DNA of 64,000 nt from Psilocybe cubensis (Eukaryota), in contig CM039008.1 of NCBI GenBank assembly GCA_017499595.2, forward strand, positions 2,604,001 to 2,668,000, in the 5' to 3' direction. Within the stretch, counting starts at the first letter, position 1. Each line of letters starts with the position of its first letter. This document shows positions 37,828-50,429 of the stretch, piece after piece. Made by a program: the position numbers and the translations under genes. The notes below the pieces were generated by a model. That model did no database searches, was not told the DNA's origin, and worked only from the letters and a program-made list of their open reading frames with translations.

Positions 37828-38759
37828 ATCTGGCAGTTTACCTTTATATTGGATGACTGGATTTTCGCCGCCGTAATATGCTGTTGATGTGAATTTTCTA
37901 CGAGTTGATTAATATGCAAGAACCTCGCCTGTGCCCGGTTACTAGAGTGGCTACTCCCATAAAGTAGGCGTTTCGTACAATCTATCTGGAATCGAAGATA
38001 CCTTAACGTCATGTAATATTACTTCAATCTTATCTATAACATAGCCGCAATTATCAACAACTCGGCTATATGCCTCGAGTCCTACTTACATGTCGATGCC
38101 GAGCTTTTAGCATCTAACCTAGCACTTGCTAATTCAATATGGCCCCACTGATCTCACAGAATTGAGGAATTTGTAATGACTACCTCAAAGTTCAAGTTCC
38201 TTTAGTCAAGAGGTAAAATGAAAGTAAGTACATCCACCCACCAATTACATCCTATATACACCTACACACCAACTTCGGTCCAAACTCCGGTAAAGAAAGT
38301 ACCTTTTGATAGCCTAACTTCTTCGCCACTTGCAATTCGCGAATCAATCACTCGAAAAAAGCTGATTTAAAGGTGATGCATATCGCATCTAGCCGTAGCT
38401 AAAGGAAATATTGATCTGTTTATATCCCACACTAGGCATGACACTGTATCTCGTAAGACATAATCAGTTTACAACGAGGATGATGGCTGCCTGCCATGGG
38501 ATCAAAGTCGGTGCTTCTCTGACGCAAGTGTACGTTGGATGGTCTCCTCGTGGATAGACCGCGTTTCAGATGCGCCTGTCGTCCAATGATTGACGAGTCT
38601 GAAGATTCCTAACATTCAATGATAAACGACTGCTATCTTCAAGGTTCGTACGTTCTGCCTTTTGTTTCTTTTTTTCCCTCAGACCACTAAACCCTCGAGG
38701 GCCTCGGCTACATCCACGCCCAAATTTCTTAGGAATTGATTGTGTTGCAAGCTAGCTTC

Positions 38760-41047
38760 ATGGTCCTCTCAAATTGGAACTGGTCCGTTCCGCAGGATCT
38801 TCATGGGCCTTTCACAGGTTTTATATTTGGGACATTGTGAGTCTTTTCGATTATTGCGATTAGCATACAAGAAGCTCATGAACAACTGAGACTCTGCGGA
38901 ATGACATTCCTGCAAACGTACCAGTACTTCCTCAACTACAAGCGCGATTCACTGACACGAAAATTGACGGTGCGCATCCAGATGGGCCTTTATTAATCTT
39001 CAGCCATCCAAACTAAATAATCTAACCGCATCAACTATACTCTACAGGTATTCGCAATCTTGTAGGTCACCCAATCCATATTATAACGCATAAAGCAGGC
39101 ATTGAAGGGGAATAACGATGCCTACTTTATTTGGTTAATCTCATTTGCCACTGGCAGTCTCCTCCAGTGCGTGCACCTGGGATGCTCCGCGCGCCTCATG
39201 TATTTCTTTCTCACACGCTCGGGGTTCGACAATTTCGCTGCTGACTGGTGAGTTGATTATCCTTATCAGCATTCATGCACGCCCTTTGTTCTCTCGCACG
39301 GTGTCTGGAGGTACCAGCCAGGCCAGCGAACCAGCGCCGCCTCCGCTACAGCTGCCGCACATGTGCCGTTGGTCTGTTATTCCTGTGAAATATACTGATG
39401 CCGTTGCCGTAGGACATTGAAGGTCTGTGAAGCTCCACAAGGTTATTTGAAGCTATGGTTCACGTTTGACCCACCCGACGGCAGATTCTGATAGTGTCCA
39501 AGGTAAGCAGTCAAACAGGGGTCCAGCTGCTTCGTGTGTCAATGTCAACGCGACGCGATCCCGGAGCTGACTCTTTTTTGTTGTTTTTGTTTTTGTTTTG
39601 TTTTTTAATATTTTGTTTCTTTCGAATCAGGTTGGGCATATAATAGTTGTTCAAGCGTGAGTTGTCCTAGGCAATTTTTTTTGTATTCCCAGAGAGCTTC
39701 ACGTACTGACGCCATGACTGTCCGGGGCGCACCGAATCAGATTTTACATGCATTTAATATGGATGTGTGAGTGCTAGATCCGGAGCGAGCACCATTTCTA
39801 CGGAAATAAACCCTAAAATCCCAAAATGCAGTGGCGCCTAACATAAAAATGTCGGGGAAGGTGGGCCAGATCATCAAGGTAAGTCCAAAAAACTTTGTAG
39901 AACATTTTTCACTCATAGGCGCCTGTGCGGTCGTCTAGTCAATGACAGCAGGGACATTCGTATACATCGTAGGTGAGTTCTGTCAAGTAAAATTTGACCG
40001 TTGTAGTCTGGCTTACAATAGCTGGGTATCAATCAGCGCTCAGCGGAGGTAAGCCGAACGGACTTTACGTTGATGGACTAACTCCTAAAGATGACTTGTT
40101 TTTATCATTCCAGTTTTTCTAGGACTGATGTGAGATATCCAATATCTCCTCCTAGCTATGGAGCACTGACATTTTTGCCTTGTCTTGTCCTCAGGTTCCG
40201 AGTGAAGCACATATTTGTTTACAACGAACCTCTATTAGTGGGTTTTTTTGGTTCCCTAGCCAAGTGTTGCCCCAATTTTGATTGCGAACATAGAGGGTTA
40301 TCTATATTTTCCTTGGATCAACCGTCATCATCGACTTTTCTATTGCCGCATTTCTCTCATACGTGCTCTTTAAAAGCCTCTTTCGGCGGGGTTGCGAGCG
40401 GCGCGTCGGGGATGCGAACTGCCTGTCGATGTTCTTCATGGGCACAGGGCTAGCGAGCGCGTAAGTGCTGAACAAACCATCATCATCATCATGCATCAAC
40501 CACCTCATTGACTCGGGACTGCGCAGTATCGCAGCGATTGTAATGATCACCGTCGTACGTCGCACCATGTTTCTCCCGCCGCCGTGATGCGAATGCATTC
40601 CTTTTTGCATGCATTCCAGTCGGCGTCAAATCGATGTCTAGGGCTGATGTTGAGGTATATTTGCCAAACAGTTCATATTCGCTCCGATGTCTAAAGGATA
40701 CATCATCGTGGAATTTATGCTCCCATGCGGTAAATATTCCATTCTACCATAGGTCCAAGGCCACGACTCATTTTTTTCCATTACTGTACAATTAACAGTG
40801 TACGCAAACTCGATACTGGCAATGTAAGCTCACAATACTCCTCCCAGCGTCTATTTCCTAGTACGCTCCACCATGCTGACTATATTCAATATCCCGTTTG
40901 CACACCAGATTCAATGCAAAAACCCGGCTAAAGCAAAAAGTCGAGGCGTCCGCCGAGTTCCACCTCTCGCAGTCCATCATCTTCGGGGAGTTTATCGACA
41001 ACCGCGACTCGGGCAGCAGTGGTGGCTCGTTGGAGAGCAGATTGTAG
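38760..41047 (+). CDS. DUF6534-like multi-pass membrane protein, split into many small exons
   Basis: Spliced pieces: MVLSNWNWSVPQDLHGPFTGFIFGT|LLCGMTFLQTYQYFLNYKRDSLTRKLT|VFAI|LLQCVHLGCSARLMYFF..., LGSTVIIDFSIAAFLSYVLFKS, VYANSILA|IFNAKTRLKQK...ESRL*. Middle exons only partly resolved. Confidence 0.72.
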
Positions 41048-41339
41048 AAAATCTTTTTAGGCTTATGGCGGGGGTGGGGATCGGAGTCGTGGGCCGGTGG
41101 TGGTATCATTATGTATTCAAAAAACGAAAGGCATCGTAATTGCATGTATCAATAGTCTATTCCTCGACAATGTCCGATTTTGATTTTGATTCGGATGCAG
41201 ATGATCTAATGCTCGTTGAACTTGGCCATCATTCGGGTCAATTACACCCCACCTTGACCCCACCCATATTAGTAGTACAGCACAGGTACACATTCATAGT
41301 AACACGGGGCCGATACAACATCAAGCAGCACGACGGACA

Positions 41340-44300
41340 AGATACATAACCATAAAAATAAAAGATAAGAAAACCGAAGAAAAAGCTCCAAGTGCACAAG
41401 ACTAGACTCGTCCGCGGTGTTGTATCATTAAAAAGGGAAACATAAAGTAAAATGCGCAGTAGCGAGGAACTTAATGAACAAATAACAACACCAACACCTC
41501 CATTGAACCCAACACAGAGCAAAAAAAAAAAAGCAAAAGCAAAGCAACGAACCGACCGAACATGTCTCCACCTCCTTCCTCCCCGTAACCCAGCACACAT
41601 CAACCAGCAACCCTCTCGCCGTACATACCGTACATGTATGCCTGTGTGTGGTACATATGCGTGATGTTGAAGACGTGTGCATCGAACCGACCAATGAGCA
41701 ACGACCAACGATGAGCGCAAACGACGTGTGGTGTTTCGCAGATGCACGTATAGAGGGCGATGGAGTTTTACAAAAAAAAAGAAAAAAGAAAGGCGGGGGG
41801 AGATGAGAAGATGAAAAAAAAAGAATCGATAGCGATGTCCATAATACTCCTTCTACTTACTTCTACTTACTGCTTCTACTACTACTTGCGATACTGCGAT
41901 ACTGCGATACTGCGATACTGCGAGCGATACTTGATACTCCATACTACGACTGAACTGACGAAAAAACGACCAATAAATTGAAAAAAAAAAAAAAAAAAAT
42001 TGATAAATGAAGAGAAAAAACAGGTAATGAGAAACGAGGAATGAGGAATAAATGAATAAATTGTCACTTCCAAATACCAAATACCAAACACCAAATACCA
42101 ATACCAATGCCAAATGCCAAATGCCAATGCCGATGCCGATGCTACCAAACTAGCCAAGTTCGAATCCGAGGAATCGAGGAAATTACATATTTTTCGAGTC
42201 TTATTCTTAACATAAAAAAGGGTAAAAATGAAAAGAAAAAACAGCAAACAGCAAACAGAAACAGAAACAGAAACAGGAGAGAGACGGAGAACTATCAAGA
42301 AACCAACCATACGAAAAAGAAATAAAAACCTAGTGTTTTTTATTTAAAAAAAGAACAAAAAAAAGGAAAGAAAGATGGAAGAGTCTTGAGAGGGGCGAAT
42401 GAGAAAGAGATATGTAGAGAGAAAGGTAGAAAGAGAAAGACAGAAAGACAGAAAAAAGAGAGAGAGAGAGATTATGGTATGGAATATGGAATATGGGATA
42501 TCATGATATCTTAATAAATTGATATATCCAGCTGTGAGGTATGTGTATTTTGCATGTTGCATGTTGCATGTTGCGAGGTATACGGCTGCATGGGGGACAG
42601 CAGGACAGGACAGTGCTGGGGGTATATCAATGTCGATGTCGATGTCGATGTCGATGTCGAAGGCTAAGCCACATCCCACATTTTGGAGTCGTAGATGCAG
42701 TCACAGTCACAGTCGCAGTTGCAATCAAAGCCAAAGCCAAAGTCAAAGTCGTATTCGGAGCAACGCCGACCCAGACGCAACCCAACGCAAGCCCGCCCAC
42801 GCCTACACACGCAGGAGAAGTCGAAGTCGAAGTAGGCCTAAGTCAAAGTCGAAGACGAAGACGAAGAAGTGAAATGGAATCGGGGTGGAACTGTCAAATG
42901 CAAAGGCAAAGGGACTAAGACCGGAAAAGGGACTGGGACTGGCAAAGGGATCGAATGAGGGACTGGCAAAGGTACTGGAAACGGAAACGGAAGGTGGGGC
43001 GAATCTAAGAGCGTACATACAAGACAGGACTGTACATGACGACGAGGCGAGGCGAGGCGAGACGAGCGAGTGAGAGAGCGAGAGAGCAAGGAGCGACTTT
43101 TGAATATTGAATATCGAATATCGAATATCGGATAATGGATAATGGATATAAATTTGAATGTGGATGTGGGATGTGGATATGTAGGTGTAGTATGAATGTG
43201 GTGTGGCAATCGAGAACGAGAACGAGAACGAGAATGAGAATGGGAACGAAGATGGGAACGAGGATGGGGAAAAGAACGTGGTCGAGGTCGAGGTCGAGGT
43301 CGTGGTGGCGGAAAGCGGGAAGAGGACGAGGCGCGTAGGCATTATGACGCGTCAAGGCGTGCGTGCGTGCGTGCTGGGGGGAAGGGGGGGGGGAAGGGGG
43401 GGGGGGGGGGAGGTGGGTAATACGGATTCCCACCAGTCGTCAAAGTCAAGGGACACAAAACGGACATGAAAGCATTCCCCCACACCATACCAGGAAGAGA
43501 GAGAGAGAGAGAGAGAGGATTGAAGGACCAGCAAACTTGCAGATAGGGTATACAGATACACAAAAAAAATCACAAAATCACGAAACACAAAATAGAAAGA
43601 AAAGAACGCAAAAGAAGTATGTCGGTCGGTCGGTCAGGTCCATGCCTAAATAGAACACGCAAAAAAAGGCGGGTATGAGGTCAGTATCACATCTGATCAA
43701 ACTTTTAAAATCAGAAAACGTCAAAAACAAAAATCAGAAAACGTCAAAAAATCAAAAAAAAGTCCAAAAAGTCAAAAAGTCAAAGATAATGAAAAGGCGT
43801 AATACTGTTCAACACATCCGCGTAATCGAAGCGCTGGACTGCACGCGCCGCGCCGCGGGTGCAAATCAAGTATCATAGAGCGAGCACAGTTGGCGGATCG
43901 CGGTTTGCGGAACAGAAAAGCCAGAAGCAAGAAGCAAGAAGCCAATTCGCAGACGTAGGTAGCATCAAACATCAAGCATATGCATCAAGCCCAGCCCAGC
44001 CCATCCACAAAACCCCCACACTTGACTTCTTTTGAATGCTCATGCTTATGCTTATGCTCAAGCCTTGTACGCCACGCAATGCGTGTAAACGTACACGTAC
44101 ACGTACACGTATAAAAGTGCACCTTCCACCTCCACCTCCAACCTGTCTTCCCACCTTCGCACCTTCGCACCCTCGCACACCACCTCCCCAACGACCAACG
44201 ACCATTTCCCCAACGACCAACGACTCACGACCAACGCCCCAAATCCAAAATCCAAAATCCAAAAACCCAAACTCAAAAACCCAAAACCAAAAAAAACCAA

Positions 44301-47300
44301 AAAAACAAAACATAAAGAAAAGACCACTCACCCCGCCCCATACACAGAATCCCACCAGAAAACTATGGCACGCCCTCGAACCCCGTCCACGTCCACTCTC
44401 TCTTCCCATTACCCTGCCCATTCCCATCCTCCTTAACCTCTTTACCCACCCCTCGTCCTTTCACCCCCCCAACCCCCCCTCCCCCTCCCACCCCACCCAC
44501 ATCCCCCCCACCCACCCCACCCCCCACCACCCCCCCACCAACCTCAACAACCGCCTGCCCCGTCGAATTAATCCTCGCATTCCCAATAATAAGCTGTTCC
44601 ACTCCATCATTATTATACGCCGAATAAATCGGGTACAACAAGAACAACAACAGTAATCCTATTAGGAGAATTATGAGTGTGCCGACGTTTACGAGGCCGC
44701 GCAGGGAGACGCCGGAGGATTTGGTAGGGCGGGTTGGGGTTGTTGTTGGGATGCGCGGGTGTGCGTGTGGGTGTGCGTGTTTGGATGTGCCTGGTTTGGA
44801 GAGGACGCCGACGCCGGAGGGTTTGGATGAGATGGAGACGGGTGGGATGTGGTGTGCGTTCCGCTGACTTCTCACTTTCGCAATACTACTCCCCCCCTTA
44901 CTCTTCGCCATCGAACCCACACTCCCCTTATCCCCCCCACCCCCTCCCCCTCCCGCACCATGAACCTTACTAAACAAAGCATACGGCACATACCCACCAA
45001 CACCCCTAACCCACTCCTCCTCCTCCTCATCCAACTCATCCGCATCCATATCCTCTCCGGGATCATACACATACGCAACCAACCCCCCCTGCACCCGCCC
45101 AATCTCCGCCAACGAGTGCTCGCCGCCGCGGTTGCCTATGCTGCCTGCGGCTGAGGCGGGCGTGCCGGGTGTGCCGGGGCGGCCTGGCGTGCCTGGCGTG
45201 CGTGTGCCCGAGCCTGGGGCAGCGGCGTACGGCGGCAACCCACCACCACCACCACCACCGACGAGAGGGTACTTGCTCTCCCCGCCAAACGAAGCCACCG
45301 AATCCCCCGAATTCGAATACATCGACGCTCTCCTATTATTCCCCATTGAGCCCGTACCCCCTCCTCCTCCACCTACGCCCCCGGGTACACCAGGAGGCGG
45401 CAACATCATCCCGTCCTCCGTCGCCGAGAGCCTATACAATATCATCGACCCGCGCGAGTGCGAGTGCGGGAGCGTCGGTTCACGGAGTCCCGGGCCGCTT
45501 GGACCTCCATGACCGTTACCGCCGTGTAGTCCATTACCGCCATTACCGCCATTGCTATTTACGGTATTACCCCCGAGCCCGGCGTACCCGGGTGCAATAT
45601 GCGCGTGCCCATGATGCGGATGCGGATGCGGATGCGGATGCGGCGTACTCTGCCCGCTTTCCTCGCTCGGCCCTCTCTGCCCGTGTCCTTGCTGTCCTTG
45701 TCCTTGCGGTCCTTGTGGGTATCCTTGCGGTCCTGGACCTTGTGGGGGGTGCTGCGGGTGCGGGTAGTTGTTAGGGTGGTTAGGGTGGTTAGAGGCAGGG
45801 TACGCGTTAGGCGGAGGACCGGCTGTGCGTGAAGGTTGTCTCCCGAACGGCTGCTGCTGCTGTGGAGAGGAAGGAGAAGGGGGGAATTGTTGTGGACGCT
45901 GTTGCTGCTGGTACGGTGCATTTGGATGTTGGTTTTGATTTTGATTTTGGTTTTGGTGTTGATTTTGGAGTGCAGACATTGGTGCGCCTGTAGTATAACA
46001 GAACAGAACAGAACCGAATAGAATAGAATAGAATACAACGAAAGAAAGAAAGAAAGAAAGAAAGAGAGCAAGTAATTATAAGAAAAAAAGTTACAAAGTG
46101 AACGCGGATGGTGCACGTAAGAGTGGAGGTGAACAAAAACGAAAACGAAAACGAAAACGAAACGCAAACAAAAACAAGAAACACAATCAGCTCTTCTACA
46201 TCGCACAACCCATCCCAAACCCAAACCCAAAGCATCACTCACCTGGTCCTGGTCCTGAACCCGCACCATTACCCTGTACCTGTCTCTGCATATTCCCCTG
46301 CTGCGAAGCCAAAGCCGGTATCAAATTCGAGTTCGAGTTGGCACTACCAGTGACAGAAGTGGAAGTCGAAGTAGAAAGAGTCGGCGGCGACGAAGCACCC
46401 GATCCCAAACCAGAGGAAGAAGCAAACGCAGAAATAAGCCCCGTAGTCGACGTCGACGCCGCGCTAGGAAAGTAGTGTGCTTGCGAGTGGGGCTTGGAGG
46501 GTGTAGATGTTGGCATACCAGGGTTGAGTCCTGGTCCTGGGGTGTGTGGTGGTGCTGCTAGAGGCGGTGACGGTGACGGTGAAGGTGACGGTGACGGAGA
46601 ATGAGAATGAGAAGCAGAGGAAGACGGTGAAGGAGAGGGCGTGCGAGGAGAGGCGGCTTCAGACGACGGTGAAGACGGCGAAGCGGCCTGAGCGAGCGGC
46701 GAAGACCGGAACGAAGCGTGCGTGTGGATATGCGTGTGTGCGTGCGAGTGGCGAGGCGCTGTCGGTGTCGGTGTCGGTGCTGGCGTGTGGGGCGGTGCTG
46801 CTGACGAGGATGATGGCGCTGCTACCGAAGAACGACGAGGACGAGAACAAGGCGGGGGATGGGGAGGGAAAGGAATCGATGTCGTCGATGACGGTGTGGA
46901 TGATGACGATGGAGCAGCCCCTGGACGCTCTACAAGCAACGAGTCCGCAACGTGCTCGTGCTCGTGGTCGTGGTTGTGGTTGTGGTCAAAGCGAGCGGGC
47001 GAGTCAGGGTCCCGCGGGTCAGGGTCGGCGTTGGCAGTGCAACTTTCCTCTGCACTGATGCAGGCACTGGTGCTGGTATAAGGGAAAGAAAAAGGGACAC
47101 GAAAGCGGAAAGAGGAGGAAGAAGGAGCAGAAACAGGCACCTGGGAAAGCAGACTGGTTACATATCCACGCGCGGCTCTCACACCTGCTTTCGCACTCGT
47201 CCTCCTGCTCCTGCTCCTTCCAGCTGCTGACGGTGACGCTGACGGCACTGTCCGCGACGGCATACACGGCGATCCTACTGATCCTGATCCGACACTCCCG

Positions 47301-49530
47301 GCACCACCATCACCATCGCCATCGCTATCACCATCACCGTGTCCGTGTCCTAGACCTAGGTGGGAATAGACCGTGTTATTTGTTTTCCAAAAATACATAC
47401 ATAGGTGATAAGGGGACGTACGAAAGGATAATATATTCTTCTTCTTCTTCTTCTTGCTCTTGTTTTCTGATCCCTTTTCCATCGCAGAGGCACTCCCACC
47501 CTCACCCTCGCACTCTGGAAGCGGTGGCAGCACCCTATCCTCCTCGTCCTTCGGCGGTATAGGCGGCGGCATCTGCAAATTCATATGATCCGAGCCAATT
47601 ATAGCTGCGCCTGTGGTATGTAATGCAAGTCAGTAATCGGGATTCGGGATATGAAAAATGCGCAATGAATGAATGAATGTTCATGTTCATCGGGAAATGG
47701 TCAACGGTCAATGAATTTGAAAGGGGGAATGTAGACCAGCCTCCAGATCGCTGTTTTCATATCGCAGCGCCACACACTATCGCACTCGATAACCCTCGAC
47801 TCGAGCCGAAGTTCGAAGACTCGAAGACTCAACCCAACCCCAACCAATTACCAAACGTACCGCAAAGAAGGAAGACACGAAGCAAAAGAAGCAACGCAAA
47901 TCGCACACGCACGTTCATCGAGTATAGCTCCATCACCACCATCACCCTCATTCTCTTCTTCATCGTCATCGTCATCTTCTTCAACTTCATCTTCTTCATC
48001 CTCCTCGTCATCGTCATAGTCGTCTTCTTTCTCCCCCTGAGCTTGCGCCACCGCCATCGAAATCGGCACCGCGTCTGAATCTCCGCGCGTTTTCCCCATG
48101 TCTAAACCTATCGCGTGTCCTGCCTCTCGTCCAATTCCTATCTCTTGCTCTCGCTCCGATATCGATACGCCTACTGGTAAGTCCATCGTCGTCGGTATAC
48201 GCGCCGACGACCCTCTTTCTCTTTCTCGCTCTGGTTCTTCTTCCTCGTCTCCCTCCTCCTCCTCCTCCTCCTCCTGTTCCTCTCTCCCCTGTTCCCTCTC
48301 CCCTTCCTCCTGACCCTGCTCCTCTTCCTCCTCCCTCTCCTCCTGACTCTCCTCCTCCTCCTCCAAAAACAACCCCAACCCCAACCCCCTTCCAAATCCC
48401 ATCCCCAAACCAAATCCCAACCCCAAACGCGTCTTCGAACCCAAATTCAACAGCGGATCTCCTTCTCCCTCTCCCTCTCCCTCTCCCTCACCCCGTTCTT
48501 GTTCTTGTTCTTGTTCTAATGACGGTGCCGACTTTGTCGCTGATGCTGATGCTGTCGCCGACGCTGATTTTGCTGACTCTGCTGATTTTGTTGACTCTGC
48601 TGCTCTTGCTGACTCTGCTGCTGTTGCTGATTTTGCTGTTTCTGCTTCTGTCCCCAACACTGCTACCCTTGACGCTGCCATTACAGACCCTCCTTCTCCT
48701 CCTCCTCCTCCTGCTGCTGCTACAAACCACAACGTAAGCACACCCAAACGCAACACAACGCATACAAGGCAAACAAAACATATATGATACACACCACAAT
48801 CTACCATTTCGTTAAATTAACGAGCGTGTTTCGATCTTCACTCCAGGTCCAGCTTCAAGTCGCGGCAGGGCGGGGCGGGGCGGAGAAACGAACAAGAACA
48901 AGCGAGCAATCAGGTGAAGCGGGGCGGGGCGGGAAGAAGCGCGCGAGCTTACAGCACGGTGCTGGATGCTGCACGGAACGGAGGCAGCGGGGGCGGGGAG
49001 CGGGGGCGGGGGGCGAGGTGAGGCGGGAGCGGGAGCGGGATAAAGGAGAGATGGAGTCCAGATGTCGTAGTATGCTACGCGTGGGCGTCGTAGTGCACTT
49101 AGTCGTAGGCGTGGGCTGTGGGCGTAGGCCTAAGTGTAGGCGTAGGCGTGGGCGTAGGGGTCGTCGCGGGCGGTGGTACGGTGGTACAACACACTACACT
49201 ACGCGACTCGCGACTCGCGTATGTATGTATGTACGTATGTATGCAGACCCGTGTCCGCGTCCGTGTCCGTATATGCGCGTCTGCGTAAGTAAAAGTATAC
49301 ACGCGTGTGCCGACGTTCCAGCTGAGTCCGCTACAAGCTGAGTTCCAGTTCCCGTTCCAGTTCCAGTTCCAGTTCCAGGACAACGCGTCACAAACGCACG
49401 CAAACACTAACACCAACACCAACACCAACCCTAACAATAAAGTAACACTAACGTCCCAGCACTACAAACACACACACACGTCTACATTCGTACACTCAAC
49501 ACCCGCCATGCGAGACATGCATGCATGCAT
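41340..49530. repeat. Second microsatellite/homopolymer-dense island, around the KRE6-like paralog
   Basis: (GCGATACT)n, (AATGCC)n, (GTCGAT)n, (GAGAAC)n, (GGATGC)n, (AAAG)n, (TTCCAG)n, poly-A and poly-G runs. Confidence 0.8.
44363..48807 (-). CDS. KRE6/SKN1-related type II membrane protein with a long low-complexity N-terminus and no GH16 domain
   Basis: Last exon (45987-44363) shares GSMILYRL, ESKYPL, GL.AYVYDP, RGLVNVG...LLYPI (TM) and GNARINSTGQA with the KRE6 gene at 19-24 kb. Upstream ORFs 47584-46243 and 48807-47913 join in frame through GT-AG introns (e.g. 46242-45988). The 5' exons are less certain. Confidence 0.7.
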
Positions 49531-50429
49531 CTCACTAGGTGCGCCTAATTGGGAAGTATGACGTCAGTTAGGGAGGTACACGTGATGGGTAATTGCTAAT
49601 TATGGTACCCCCCAAACGCGTTAATTTCCAGAAAAAACCAGCTGTACAAGCCCAGTTTGCATACATCATTTTTAAAACAGATCAAGAGAAGAATTCATTT
49701 GGAATCATGGTAAGCAACAATACAGAACCGATTTGTAGGACATAAAATTGACATTCAAAGTTCACAAAACAGTAGAGAGTCAACAAGCAATGTGTTATAC
49801 GTATAGACCTAGCAGAGGTACTAGATATGTAAATATTGAAGTGGGTCTCCTACATTAGTGAAGAGTACCTGTATATGTGAGCGTGATCCTCTAAAGCAGC
49901 GAGTAAGATGTTAAGCAAACTGAGTAAGTGACCTAATTTACCGTGTAGTTCGCAGTTCACAAAGTCTGGTACAGCGTCAGGATTTTGGTGAGCGAAGACT
50001 TAAATTCACACTGGGATATCAATGGGTAAAAAGTCAAGAGAGTCTCTCCAAGACTCTTAGTCATACTACATGATTCTACTACAAAGTCCGCATTTTGACT
50101 TATTTGGCGTTCGGACATGTGGCCCGAGGTTCCAAAATATATCCGAGTTTTCAGGCTAAACGAAAAGGTCCGTTAGCTATCTATGAGTAGCTACGTATTA
50201 TACAGCCGATTGGTCGGTTCCAAGGAAAATCGAGAAAATTCTGAATAAAATGTGAAGAGGAGGAGAGCTACTATGGAAAAGGGCGAGAATTGTTGATGAT
50301 ACCATAACACAATGGAATCTTCAAGGTTGGGACGTTGAATCAGCATACAACGCTTAGATCTTCTATATGGATATCAGAATCTCAATAACTCTAAAAATTG
50401 CATGTTCATACCTTGCAGTGGTAGTTCGT

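Noticed and set aside
41340-44360. Many short ORFs, checked as possible missing GH16 exons of the KRE6 paralog
   Set aside because: All are simple-repeat translations; none has GH16/SKN1 motifs such as FSDEF, EIDIFE or DYVRVYQ.
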